64,000 bases of DNA from Oopsacas minuta (Eukaryota; Animalia; Porifera), in contig JAKMXF010000300.1 in assembly GCA_024704765.1 (NCBI GenBank), positions 186,001 to 250,000 of the forward strand. The letters are read 5' to 3'. Under the pieces are notes generated by a model. That model ran no database searches. It was not told the DNA's origin and was given only the letters and a program-made list of their open reading frames with translations. The first letter of the stretch is position 1. Every line of letters begins with the position of its first letter. The position numbers and the translations under genes are program-made. Shown here one piece after another: positions 22,052 through 32,995 of the stretch.

Positions 22052-23149
22052 TTAAGATCTGGGAATAAATGGGCGAGATAATTGTCTGTCGTACTTGAGT
22101 AATTTTATCTGCTTGCTACAATATTTTGTGAGGTAATTAAAGCCGAAAACAACAATTGGGAACGTGGTCATGATTTCGTATATGAATGCAGTAACGTAGA
22201 GTATATAAGGTGAATAATCATGTGAATATGATGATAAGACTTCCAAAACTTCTCTTGGAATTTCAAAAAAATAATTAGAGAGTTCGAGACAGTTGAGTAG
22301 AATAAAATACTGCATTGTAAATTTGAAGCTAATAATTAAGATTAGGAAGATGAAACTAAATTGGCTAAGAAGCTGGAAAATAATGAATGCATTATAGTAT
22401 CTATAGCTAGCCTTCAATTCTCTATACGTGACGCCATCATATTCGAAATGCAGAATACCATCAACAGCAGACTTAAGGATTCTAGATAATTTTACACTCT
22501 TCAGGCAAAGTTTGAACCAGTTTATCAACAACAAAATCCAACTTATTGCAGCAAGACATATTTGTATGTAGGGTAAAGAGCATATCAACAGTATCACCAG
22601 CTGATAACACCACCATGCTATATATTTCCTTTTAGTTCCATTGTCTAGGGAATGTCCATAATAACGTCTACTCAGATAGGTGGTTAGGAAAGAGGAACAC
22701 ATAATACCAGTCAGAATAGTCAATACAGGAATGAGTGGAAGAATTATTAACCATGGACAGTTAATTATATGGAGAATTAGAAAATTTATCTTAAAATCCT
22801 CCAGTGTTCCATTGCATAGTATTTTCTTAGGCTCTGGATACCATTCGTCATAGCCGTGGGCAAGGTTATAAGAGATTAATTCGACTCCTGCAACTAAGAT
22901 TACGAAGAACTCTAAAAGAAGTATAACACCGAGTAATACATCTTTATACATCTTTGTTTCGCAGTTATAAAGTGTATTAAAACGCAGGGAATGATTAATT
23001 ACAACGTTACTTTTGTACAACTTTAGCTCTTTAAGGTTGCGACGATACGATCTGATAATATAGATGAGTGAGAAGAATATTATTATAAGATTGAAGATAG
23101 TAAAAAGGGAAAAAACAACATTGGAAGTTATATGAAAGCTGTGATGCAT
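22052..23149 (-). CDS. Orphan 7-transmembrane protein, family member 3
   Basis: Intronless. The track's start at 23251 is TTG; the first ATG is at 23149 (MHHSF). Carries LYNCETKMYKDVLL....LEF and TTYLSRRYYGH. Confidence 0.78.
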   Translation of the reverse strand: MHHSFHITSNVVFSLFTIFNLIIIFFSLIYIIRSYRRNLKELKLYKSNVVINHSLRFNTLYNCETKMYKDVLLGVILLLEFFVILVAGVELISYNLAHGYDEWYPEPKKILCNGTLEDFKINFLILHIINCPWLIILPLIPVLTILTGIMCSSFLTTYLSRRYYGHSLDNGTKRKYIAWWCYQLVILLICSLPYIQICLAAISWILLLINWFKLCLKSVKLSRILKSAVDGILHFEYDGVTYRELKASYRYYNAFIIFQLLSQFSFIFLILIISFKFTMQYFILLNCLELSNYFFEIPREVLEVLSSYSHDYSPYILYVTAFIYEIMTTFPIVVFGFNYLTKYCSKQIKLLKYDRQLSRPFIPRS

Positions 23150-23508
23150 TCTGGAGTGTGCAGTACAGTAGTTAATAATGAAAATTATAGTCAAATTTCT
23201 AAATTTATACTTAAGCAAATTCTGGTTAAATATCCTAAAGGATAATTTCAATATAATAGAAGTTTGGGGAAAAATACTAAGGGATATACCCTCATAGAAA
23301 TTTGAGAATGGTTACACTTTTTGCATCACAAAAACAGTAAAAAGATAGCTTAATAAACATTTCGTATTTCCTAAACGTATTGCTATGACTCCCCATCAAC
23401 TTAGCCATACACTCTGACTCCACTGATGTCAGTGATGTCCTGAGGCTGAGTTGTGTATATTCAGTTGTTATCTGGCCACTCAATCCGTATATGCAATTCT
23501 GGTATCCT

Positions 23509-23661
23509 TTAAGCTGGGCAAAACAGAATTTATGGGAATATTTAGGTGGATTTTCGCGCTATTAGAGATATTTCATGTGCCTCTAAACACACCGTACAAC
23601 CTGGATAAACCCCTGTGTAATGTTCGTTTAAAAATATTTCAGTTAGTTGTGCCCAGCTTAA
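23509..23661. mobile_element. MITE with TTAA-flanked TIRs
   Basis: TTAA-gctgggcaaaac ... gttgtgcccagc-TTAA; the 11-12-bp TIRs have 1 mismatch. Only one copy in the window. Confidence 0.55.
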
Positions 23662-23926
23662 CTGTCAATATTTCTGATTGTATGTCAAATCTGACTGACA
23701 GGATCCAACTAATATCTGATCCTTATTCTGAATGAATCAGTGTCCATTTGTCTTATCTCGTATGATATAGATTGATTGAATGAATGCATACAAAGCACCT
23801 AGATGAGAAATAGATAGTTAGTTGCTCAAGTTTTAAGTAATAACTAAAATGTTTGGGAGGTAAACTAACGATGTAATTATGTAAGAATTATGAGTTAAGG
23901 GGAGAGGGGAGCAAACTCTAAATCAT

Positions 23927-24703
23927 CTAAGAACTTTCTGGGGAAGATGAATGGTATCTAGAGCGTCGCGGGCTGCGGTCTCGGTCACGAGATCGAGATC
24001 GTGTCCAGCTCTTCGAACGGGATCTCCTGCTCTTCCTACTGTTACTACCTCCACCAGTTCCCCCACCTCCACTCTCAGAACGCACCCGGATGGTGGATGA
24101 TTCTCCCTCATGAGATCTGAATCTAGTATCGTTCAGTTCGTCTATAGCATAGTCCATTGCTCTGCGACTCGCGAATTCTAACACTCCCGTCCCGTCTCGG
24201 TATGCGTCCGCGAAACAAATCTCCCCAGCTGGTCTGAAATGATCCTTAAGGTCTTGCCAACTCCCACTCGGTGGCATTCCTGTGACAATAACTCTGTATT
24301 CGGTCCGTTTAGGAGGTCGCCCCCTAAACGAAGAACCTCCTCTGCTACTATACCCCCCATATCCCCCACCCCCTCCTCCACTTCCCCCTCCATAACCTCC
24401 ATACCCTCCTCCTCCTCCCCCTCCCCCTCCCCCCTCGGACCTCCCGTTCCCCTTAGGCACTTCGACCCTCAGTCGACACCCATCAAACTCGTACCCATCA
24501 CGACTCCGCACTGCGTCACGTGCATCCAGTTGATCATCAAACTCCAGGAACGCGAAAGCCGGCATTCTCCTCCCACGAATGTGCAGGTCTATATCACGTA
24601 TCTTCCCGAACTTATAGAATATATCTTCTATGTCTCTGTTCCTGACGTCATCAGGTAGATTGCCGACATAGACACGGCAATCATTGTTATTACCGGGGTG
24701 CAT
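23927..24703 (-). CDS. SRSF1: Serine/arginine-rich splicing factor, SRSF1/SRSF9 type
   Basis: RRM1 (VYVGNLP...FAFLEF), Gly/Tyr linker, pseudo-RRM [10 protein letters not shown] and a C-terminal RS tract; intronless. Confidence 0.9.
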   Translation of the reverse strand: MHPGNNNDCRVYVGNLPDDVRNRDIEDIFYKFGKIRDIDLHIRGRRMPAFAFLEFDDQLDARDAVRSRDGYEFDGCRLRVEVPKGNGRSEGGGGGGGGGGYGGYGGGSGGGGGGYGGYSSRGGSSFRGRPPKRTEYRVIVTGMPPSGSWQDLKDHFRPAGEICFADAYRDGTGVLEFASRRAMDYAIDELNDTRFRSHEGESSTIRVRSESGGGGTGGGSNSRKSRRSRSKSWTRSRSRDRDRSPRRSRYHSSSPESS

Positions 24704-24936
24704 AGACTTATACAGTTTTGAAGCTAATTAAATGTAAATTTTTAAACAAATAAAATATTCTATTCAGAAGTTATAAAGCTTTATAGTTGTGTTTCAATTT
24801 GCAAATGTGTATAAGACTATTATATAAATGGAAATATACTATGTAATACCAGTTAGATGAACTGTGGCTAAATATTCTTATAGTAAGGTTGCAGAATAAA
24901 GCCAGATTGGCTGAAAAAGCAAGACGAAAATATAAT

Positions 24937-25127
24937 TATAGTAAACTCCTGTTATATCGAAGCTCAAGGAGGGGCCGCGATAATTACATTGATATAAGCG
25001 GGAGTTCGATGTGGCCGATGAAATTATGTTACTTTGACAGTTTGGTACCATATTTGTACAATTTCAGACTTTGATGTAAGCGGGTATATCGATATAACAG
25101 TGTTCGATATTTCAGGAGTTGACTGTA
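24937..25127. mobile_element. Pogo-like MITE, family A, near full-length copy
   Basis: TA-tagtaaactcctgttatatcga ... caggagttgactg-TA; interior matches the 45013, 45196 and 57936 copies. Confidence 0.82.
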
Positions 25128-25191
25128 TGAAATTCAATCGGTAATTAACAAAATCAATACATTTAATACTGTAAATAATATAATTAATAAA

Positions 25192-25647
25192 TCATTTAGT
25201 TTTCTTATTCTTTTGTGACAATTCGAGCTTTTTGAGTTGAATAAGATCGTCTGTAGCATTGCATATAGCAAGGATAACAGTTACAAATATATTCACAAGT
25301 AATGGCATATTGAATATTAATGTTATGAATAAGCCAGCTGAATCGAAGTACGCATCATCAGCAAATCTTTCCCAATAAATACTAGCGTATTCGTTAAATA
25401 TTTCAGAAGAGAGTGCTAGTAATGTGAATACTATCAATGATATACATTGGTATAGGAGAGACTTACGTAGATAAATACTAAGGAATAAACTTAAGAAGTG
25501 GAATATAATGATACCGATTAGCCAGGGCTGAGTCCAATCAGTTCCTTTGAGTATTTCTAGCACTGCACTGGGATCATCTTCATCGAAGGATGATGGCTTA
25601 GGAAGCCAGGCCGAGAAATTCAATACATTCGTAAATATATCTTCCAT
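25192..25647 (-). CDS. TMEM18: Transmembrane protein 18
   Basis: DWTQPWLIGIIIFH, SEIFNEYA...W..F....YFDSAGLFI..IFNMPLLVN. First in-frame ATG at 25647; the track start at 25683 is GTG. Confidence 0.88.
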   Translation of the reverse strand: MEDIFTNVLNFSAWLPKPSSFDEDDPSAVLEILKGTDWTQPWLIGIIIFHFLSLFLSIYLRKSLLYQCISLIVFTLLALSSEIFNEYASIYWERFADDAYFDSAGLFITLIFNMPLLVNIFVTVILAICNATDDLIQLKKLELSQKNKKTK

Positions 25648-25783
25648 GTCAACAGATTTTAAAGAATTGCTAATAATTGTCACAGAACATTTTATGATGT
25701 CAAAACTAATACTCCCAGAATGTTGGAATCCATTTCATGGGGTATCAACCTGTTTTAACGAAAGCGGTCCACTATATGTTTAG

Positions 25784-25926
25784 TAGAACTTTAACCATGG
25801 ATGTTGGATTTCGGAACTTTAATGTTATATAGAAATCCCCTCCAAACAAGCGAGGAGTGCCTCAAAATTACGTAGAACAACATCTAAGCAGATAAACTCA
25901 ATCCGCCATCCATGGTTAAATATCTA
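25784..25926. mobile_element. Short TIR element (MITE), family E, copy 2 (reverse orientation)
   Basis: tagaactttaaccatggat ... atccatggttaaatatcta; the interior caagcgaggagtgcctcaaaa is the reverse complement of the copy 1 interior. Confidence 0.75.
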
Positions 25927-26098
25927 ATAAGGATAAAGGGGGCTAAAACCACCCTCTAAAATATTTTAATACAGTCCATGTAGTCAGAAAGACGACAGTC
26001 TGTGTTTCTAATAATAAATTGCACATAAGAATAACAATAAACTGCTCTAATAATAATAATAATACTAATAACATTTACACATAATTCTGACCTGAAGC

Positions 26099-27645
26099 TT
26101 ACTTAACTTTAACAATCTTAGCTTGTACTCCAGTTTTCTTCATTTGTTTTTTTCTATCTTTCTCTTCCATTTTCTTGGCTTTATTTGGATCAGTTTCTTG
26201 CATCAAAGCATCGTGAGCAGCTTTCGCCTTTTCCTCTTTCTTCTTTTGGGCCGCTTCCATTCGTTGAGTATTCTTTTTCTTGTCTTGTCCTTCCTGGAAC
26301 TTAGCGCGGTTTTTTTGTGTTTTCATGTGTGTTTCTTTGCTTAATTTCAATTTACGTACTCTGTCTATTAGCATTAGAGCTAAATGAGTCATTGGAAGCA
26401 TTTTAGCCATGTCAGCTGATCTAGAGCCTATTGATTTACGTTTAGCTGGTACATTTAGTTTGAGAATTATTCGGCAAGTTACGCTAGGTGTCTCTGTCAC
26501 AACCTCTGGGTCATTATCTGCTTTAGTACCAATGTATTGATCAGATATATGTAAGGACTCAAAACAGTCAAAATGTGTTTCTATTATTTTCGCGATTTGA
26601 GTTGAAATAATGCTTGAAATAGCTTCTTGAGACTCACAAGCACTGACCAATACTCCCTGCGAAAATCCGAATCTATCACACGGAACTTTAGTACTCGCGA
26701 AAAATATCAAATCTTCATACTCCTTCAACATCCTTGAGAGTTGTTTCTTTGTTGATAAAGCAAATACAATATGCTCTGTCTCTTCCTTAGGAAGCATTGC
26801 TGTAATTGTAATCTTATCTGGTACTGATTTTATTATAGCTACCATTCGTGAAATTAGATCATGTCTTTTGTCCAAATTTATTTCAAACATCATTCCATCA
26901 CAACCAACTCTCCCCGAACACCAGAGTCTATATATATCTTCTCTCTCTTTCAAGAATTTGTGTTCGTTATCTTTGACACCAACAAGTGAAAAGTTCTCAT
27001 AGAGAAGGTCAGAGTTCGCTTCAAACCACGCGGTTATCATGCGTTCACCACGAGCACGGCCGATTAGGAAACAAAGTAGATACACACAAATACCTACAGC
27101 CATCAACATTTCACCCAAATACGCGTCTAGCGTGCTTCTGACTGGTACTTTTGATTCTGTAATCGTCATCTGAGGGTCTGGAGAGAATTTACGATCTGAA
27201 CTACGATATTCTTCATTTTCTATGTCTACCTCATCAAAACTGGAATATTCAGGATTGTCGAAATCTAGATTTTGATAAATCATCAAAAGTATAATACAAA
27301 ATTTTATTGTTTACTCATAATATTTGTTTGTAAAAAGTCTATTTATATCTTACCTTCATCATCACTGTCTTCTCTATCCTCTCCATCTACATCATTCCAA
27401 GCTACCTCTGAGGTATCTATGTCTGCATCTATCTCATCTCCGTTATCAGTCACGTCACGAGGTAAATCAAACTCTCCATCTGAATAATATTGATCAAGAT
27501 CATCATCATCATCTTGATCAAAATTCTCTACTACTCTCCTCTGACCTCTTTTACCAGTATCTGAGCTGGTTAGCTGGAAAAATAGCACAAATATACAGAG
27601 ACAGAGTATCAACCAGTTAGAAGATAACGTGTGTGTAGGGTGCAT
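26099..27645 (-). CDS. CCDC47: PAT complex subunit CCDC47, 2 exons, 485 aa
   Basis: Exons 27645-27354 and 27264-26099 with an 89-nt GTAAG..CTAG intron in phase 1. Signal peptide, acidic lumenal region, TM (YLGEMLMAVGICVYLL), AWF..N..LL.ENFSLVG, LWCSGR.GC.GM and a Lys-rich coiled-coil tail. Confidence 0.9.
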
Positions 27646-28103
27646 GCTATCAATAATAGTTAGAGAAGTGATTATGAGTGCATTTGAAGAGGAGTGTTAC
27701 CATATAATTATTAAGTGAGGTTTGAGTACTGAGGTACGCGGCGATTTGGACACGAACCAGTTAAATAAACCAATAAATTAATGCAGCTCTTACAGCCTAT
27801 AGATCACAAATTCCTTCTCTATACTTCATGATGATGGACTAGTCGTCTAGGCATTACGAGGATAAAGCATGGCGCGTAGACCTAATTCATGCAATCTAAC
27901 AATAGTAACGGGATTAATTAGGGTACACCTAGGCCAGATTTAAATACATTATCTCATCCATATAATTATTATGTCAAATTCTTTTTGTTACAGATTGGTA
28001 GCTAATCAGCTGACAGTTTAGGCTTAGAATTAATATTCTGAATTGAAGAATTCCTGAAATTATAATCTACCTAATTCTATTGATTTGGGGGCGATTAAGC
28101 ACT

Positions 28104-28319
28104 TGAGGGCAGTTTTATTTGCATATTCACTGAAAACCAAGAATATCTCAGGTCAGGATTTCCACTTCTCAGCACACATGAGTATAATGTATTATATAAT
28201 TTACAAGTATGAGGGCAGTTTTATTTGCATATTCACTGAAAACCAAGAATATCTCAGGTCAGGATTTCCACTTCTCAGCACACATGAGTATAATGTATTA
28301 TATAATTTACAAGTATGAG
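28104..28319. repeat. Perfect 106-bp tandem duplication upstream of SNX27
   Basis: 28104-28209 is identical to 28210-28315, followed by a partial tgag. Confidence 0.95.
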
Positions 28320-28380
28320 CCAATTTTAAATCATTCCTTATAAATCAGTAAACTTTCCCTTAGTATAATACAATCTAGCT

Positions 28381-30141
28381 ATGGCTGATAAAGACAATAC
28401 TCCAGGAGGGAACCTGGAAAATTCTCTGGCGAGAGAAGGAGATGTAGAATCTCCAGAACCGAATAAGAATGGAAACAGCGAAACATTACAATCGATACGA
28501 AATGTTACTATAACCAAAACGTCAAGGGGGTTCGGTTTCAATCTCAGAGGTCAAGTAGCTGAGGGGGGTCAGCTCAGATCTATCGGAGGGGAGTTATACG
28601 GTCCCATGCAGCACATAAGCTATGTCCTTCAAGGAGGCCCTGCTGACCTAGCGGGTGTAAAAGAAGGGGATCGAATCCTTGAGGTGAATGGACAATCTGC
28701 TCAAGCAGTAACTCACGTAAAAGTTGTACAAATGATACAGAAAAATCCTGAACAAGTAAGTTTAGTTCTAATTTCAGTCAGTAAAGAAGAAGCGAATAAA
28801 CTAGATGCAGATTTTATTCATCCTCCCACTTCAATTGAGATTTCTGAACGAAAACACATAAATGTTAGTATCCCTGAATGGCGTAAGATCTTCTCTAATG
28901 GAGAGAGTTATATTGCTTATAATATATACATTTCTGGTATGTTTATCATATCAAGACGATTTAGTGAATTCTACACGCTTAATGCTTCGCTGAAGGCTTT
29001 TTTCAATAATTACAAATTCCCCAAACTTCCCAAAAAATGGCCAATACACCTAACGGATTCTCAGATAGAAGATAGGCGGTTTGGACTTGAGCATTATCTC
29101 TCAAATATCTGTTCATCAAATTCTGTATTCAGCTCTGACTTAGTTCAAAGTTTTTTAGGAATAGAGGGAGCATCTGAAAAAGATATTCTCTCGAAATCTC
29201 TACCTGCCAAGAGTGACGTTATCTTGAAAATTCTCCTTCCAGAAAAGCAATATATAAATATTACAATTCAAAGAGCATGGACAGCTACAAAAGTTCTATC
29301 AGCTGTTATGTCAAAACTGAACTTGTCATCATTAGCTGAGAGATATTTCGCGATATTTGAGATCATGGAACACGATTTTATGCGAAAACTCCACGAGACT
29401 GAATTCCCTCACCAAATATATATCCAGAACTATGATTCATTAGGTGAAACCTCAATTGCATTCCGCAAATGGATGTTCTCAGTCAGTCGCGAAATATTAT
29501 ACGATAATGATGAGAAAATATTCAATATAATATACTCACAAGCAAAAGAAGATGTTAATAAGGGTCGTATCAGACCAGATGCTGACATTAAAATGCTACA
29601 GGTATTACAACAAGGAGGAAAAAAGGCTGAATACCTGAGTATTGTACGTGCTGCTAAGGACTATGCTTATATATCATTTCCACCAGCTATTACAGAGGCT
29701 CGAAAAGATGGTCAGATGATTATTAACGTAGGATTTACGGGTGTGGAACTTATTGCTTGCGATGCTAATGGCGTTAAAGAGAAGGGAATGGATCTGATTA
29801 CCCTAGAATGGGATAAAATTGGAGAATATTACACTGATCCAGAAGATTGTAGTTTTCGTTTCCAAATTCTGAGGGAAGATAAAAGTCCAAAATGGGTTCA
29901 GATAAATTCCAAGTATTATATCTACATAGAAGAATGCTTGGCAAGAGCTAAAGAAGAATTTGAAAACAGTAAATTAGTTGATCACAATGTAAATAGTCAG
30001 GAGTTAATTCAAGAGAAGAAAATTACTACAGAAGCAAGTTTAAAATCCATCAAAACAGTTTCCAAACGTATCCCTAGTCCAACTGAGGTAAAAGAGGAAA
30101 TACAAGATGATAAACCAACAGCAGATGACGAAGGCTTATAA
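28381..30141 (+). CDS. SNX27: Sorting nexin 27 (PDZ-PX-FERM-like)
   Basis: GFGFNLRGQVAEGGQLRSIGGELYGPMQH PDZ, PX (RRFSEF..L....K..F....FPKLPKKW) and an RA/FERM region; intronless. Confidence 0.95.
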   Translation: MADKDNTPGGNLENSLAREGDVESPEPNKNGNSETLQSIRNVTITKTSRGFGFNLRGQVAEGGQLRSIGGELYGPMQHISYVLQGGPADLAGVKEGDRILEVNGQSAQAVTHVKVVQMIQKNPEQVSLVLISVSKEEANKLDADFIHPPTSIEISERKHINVSIPEWRKIFSNGESYIAYNIYISGMFIISRRFSEFYTLNASLKAFFNNYKFPKLPKKWPIHLTDSQIEDRRFGLEHYLSNICSSNSVFSSDLVQSFLGIEGASEKDILSKSLPAKSDVILKILLPEKQYINITIQRAWTATKVLSAVMSKLNLSSLAERYFAIFEIMEHDFMRKLHETEFPHQIYIQNYDSLGETSIAFRKWMFSVSREILYDNDEKIFNIIYSQAKEDVNKGRIRPDADIKMLQVLQQGGKKAEYLSIVRAAKDYAYISFPPAITEARKDGQMIINVGFTGVELIACDANGVKEKGMDLITLEWDKIGEYYTDPEDCSFRFQILREDKSPKWVQINSKYYIYIEECLARAKEEFENSKLVDHNVNSQELIQEKKITTEASLKSIKTVSKRIPSPTEVKEEIQDDKPTADDEGL

Positions 30142-30424
30142 GAATCTTAAAACTTATCCCTCTTTCTGTTAGAAATCAACTCGGATAAATTTTATATCCC
30201 ATCCACGAGAATCGAGTTGGTAATTGTTTAATTTGTTAAAACTCATTTTTCCATTTACTATTGTTGTAATAATATCAGTAATGTGAGGTTATAAGTGTAG
30301 ATTTAGCTATGGGACTTATTCAGCAATTGTAGCATAGATTTCAGCCTGTAATAGCAAAATTAATCATGGATATATTTTGAATGAGAAGTTTTCTTACTTG
30401 TCATAATCATCTTATTTAGCACTT

Positions 30425-31954
30425 ATGGAGGAGAAGGATTTGGCTCTAGCACGTAGACTTGTGGATGTGGATAAAAAAGCGCGCGGACGAGCGTTGAAAA
30501 AGTTTCGCCAATGGCTAAATGCCAAAGCATCATTGTCATTGCTACAATCAGCTGATGATTACGAGAGCACTAAAGGTGTATTTACAGAAATAGATATGTT
30601 GAAAATTATGCGAGCTATATACTTTTGTATGTGGCATGCAGATAAGCCTTTGATACAAGAAGAACTCGCGGCTAATCTCGCCTCTCTCATCCACATATTT
30701 AAACGAATAGAAGACACTATGTTATTTGTAACTGCATTTTTTGAAACGATACAACAACAATGGTCAAACATTGACAAACTTCGTCTCGATAAATTTTATC
30801 TTTTAATCCGCGAAATGCTTAAACAATGCTTTAAACACCTTTCAAACAATGGATGGAGTGATCGTGCTATTGACCTATTCGCTAATGCACTACAAACACA
30901 TCCTCTTGAGCTGATAACTGAATATATCTCTGATGGCGTTAAGCTGCATATTATTGATATTTATATTGATGAACTTTTCAAATCTTATCGTAATATTCCA
31001 ATGTTAATTGTTATCCGTCTCATCGATCCATTTAGACTCCTCGCGACTAAATGCCCGAATAAACTAATTCGACAGGTCACCATTTCGAACATTTTTGAAC
31101 GAATTTGTTCCATGATCGAGAAGGGCAAAGGTGATAATCTTTTCGCGAATAAATCTACATATGAAGATTACATATCAAAAATGGCTACAAACAAAGGTAC
31201 ATTAGAAAGTTGTAGAAATAAACTGTATGGGATTAAGCATAAACTTCTAATTATGCCAGAACCAGTGTTATCCACTGAAGACATGGAATTACCATCACCT
31301 GATCCTCCTGTACATAAACCAGCTGATGAGTCAGCTGATCAAGTTGAGGAGATTGAGAAATCTGACTTATCAGATGGTATAGTAGATAACACGAGTAGTA
31401 ATATTGAAGATATTGACTTGGATGGAGATGAAGCTACTCCAGAGGATGGAGATTTTGCGAATGAGCTCGATGCTCTTGTCGGGGAAACGGAAACTATTTC
31501 TGATCAAAGTTTAGAGTCTACTTCTGATTTGGAAAATGGAATAATGGAACCTGAAAATAATAATGAAAGTCCTCTTGCCAAAGATTTCATCACCAATGTT
31601 AAACCAAACAAAAAACGTAAACGCAGGACAAAAGCAAATAAGAAAAATAGTAAAGAACTTCACATTATTATACACCCACCCAGCAGCTTAGAATTCAAAC
31701 GATCTCGATCCTTAGAAGATGTAAATAGTGCGCTAGGTGCCTGGTACAATGAAGAAGAGTTTACCCCTTCTACTCCCTCCCCTTTACACGAATATACCCC
31801 CAGCAAAAAGAAGCGGGTAACATTCTCAGGTGAGCAACCGTACGTCCGAGAATTCAGAAAAGGATCATCTGCAATGCAATCCCCAGATATAATTGCATTC
31901 GAGAAGAATCTCACTCCAGTAAAGAGCATTTTAAAATCCTGTATGGAACCGTAA
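30425..31954 (+). CDS. RRP1: Ribosomal RNA processing protein 1 (RRP1/RRP1B, Nop52 family)
   Basis: Nop52 domain (R.RALKK, YFCMWHADKPLIQEELA, IDKLRLDKFYLLIR). The C-terminus has PP1-docking-type KRVTF and KSILK motifs. Confidence 0.9.
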   Translation: MEEKDLALARRLVDVDKKARGRALKKFRQWLNAKASLSLLQSADDYESTKGVFTEIDMLKIMRAIYFCMWHADKPLIQEELAANLASLIHIFKRIEDTMLFVTAFFETIQQQWSNIDKLRLDKFYLLIREMLKQCFKHLSNNGWSDRAIDLFANALQTHPLELITEYISDGVKLHIIDIYIDELFKSYRNIPMLIVIRLIDPFRLLATKCPNKLIRQVTISNIFERICSMIEKGKGDNLFANKSTYEDYISKMATNKGTLESCRNKLYGIKHKLLIMPEPVLSTEDMELPSPDPPVHKPADESADQVEEIEKSDLSDGIVDNTSSNIEDIDLDGDEATPEDGDFANELDALVGETETISDQSLESTSDLENGIMEPENNNESPLAKDFITNVKPNKKRKRRTKANKKNSKELHIIIHPPSSLEFKRSRSLEDVNSALGAWYNEEEFTPSTPSPLHEYTPSKKKRVTFSGEQPYVREFRKGSSAMQSPDIIAFEKNLTPVKSILKSCMEP

Positions 31955-32203
31955 TTTATTTTCCTAATATCACATGGATTATTCGCTAACTATAATTATG
32001 TCTTAAGTGTTTAAGTATTCTGAATTACTTCATTCTCCCAAATTTACATTACTGTAAGTTCATTCAAACATTTACTAACTTTCATTTATTATAACGTATT
32101 TTACTATTGTTTCTTGTTTGAGTCGTTTATTACTATGTTACAGTGGATTGTATTGCATTATTAAAACGTTTTGAAATTAAGTTTGTTTCCTTTAATGAGT
32201 TAT

Positions 32204-32364
32204 CAGTGGCCTATTCCAAAAATGTATATTCATATATTGTAAAATTAGACCACATCTGTCTAGGACAGTTCCTTTACTAAGAGGCAGTGTCAGGATCTGC
32301 CTTACCCTAGGATTTTCAAACTCGGGGCACCCACCGTTTGCCCTCACTCCTAGAACCGCCACTG
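32204..32364. mobile_element. Possible MITE remnant with CAGTGGC...GCCACTG ends
   Basis: 7-bp perfect terminal inverted repeat and a GC-rich interior in an AT-rich spacer; no TSD and no second copy. Confidence 0.35.
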
Positions 32365-32493
32365 AGTGACCGATGGATTTGAATCCGTGTAAAATCGCCA
32401 ATTATTATAAATTCAAATTTCGCCAATTACTAAGCTAATATCAATAATATTTTACTAAAACAAGCTTGTCATGAACTAAGTGATATTCGGCAT

Positions 32494-32907
32494 ATGATAA
32501 TGTCTACAATAATAGAAGATAATCCTCTAATAAAAGAAGCTATCCGGTATCTAACAGACTTAGAATTACTAGGAGAAGAAGTATTGTCTGACAAACACCA
32601 GCTTGTTGAGTTAGATAGGAAGAGGAACGCCAATAGAGAAGCTTTGCGGAAACTCAAACAAAAACCTGAAAACGAAAAACAGAAAGAATGGGTTTGTTTT
32701 GGAAATATGTTCATACAAATGCCGACTAAATCAGTGAGTAAAAAACTTACAGAAGATCAGATAGAGATTGAGAAAGAGATCAGGACTATTCAGGATAATT
32801 TAAAACCTAAAGTAGCCCGTCTACATAAACTGGAGGGGGAGGAGGATATCTCGGGGTTCTTCTTGAAAGGTTTTACACCCGCGGACTTGAAAAATATGAC
32901 GTCATGA
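32494..32907 (+). CDS. PDRG1: p53 and DNA damage-regulated protein 1 (prefoldin-like)
   Basis: IRYLTDLELLGEEVLSDKHQLVELDRKRNANREALR and WVCFGNMFIQMP. Confidence 0.9.
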   Translation: MIMSTIIEDNPLIKEAIRYLTDLELLGEEVLSDKHQLVELDRKRNANREALRKLKQKPENEKQKEWVCFGNMFIQMPTKSVSKKLTEDQIEIEKEIRTIQDNLKPKVARLHKLEGEEDISGFFLKGFTPADLKNMTS

Positions 32908-32995
32908 TTATATTTTTCCATTCTCTATATTATTATAATTCTAAAATATTTTTGCCTATAGATAATCCAATGATGAATGTCTAAGCTAATTTCTA

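Noticed and set aside
27730-27960. GC-richer spacer with atgatga, checked for snoRNA, snRNA or tRNA
   Set aside because: No matching D box with terminal stem, no tRNA cloverleaf and no snRNA signature recognised.
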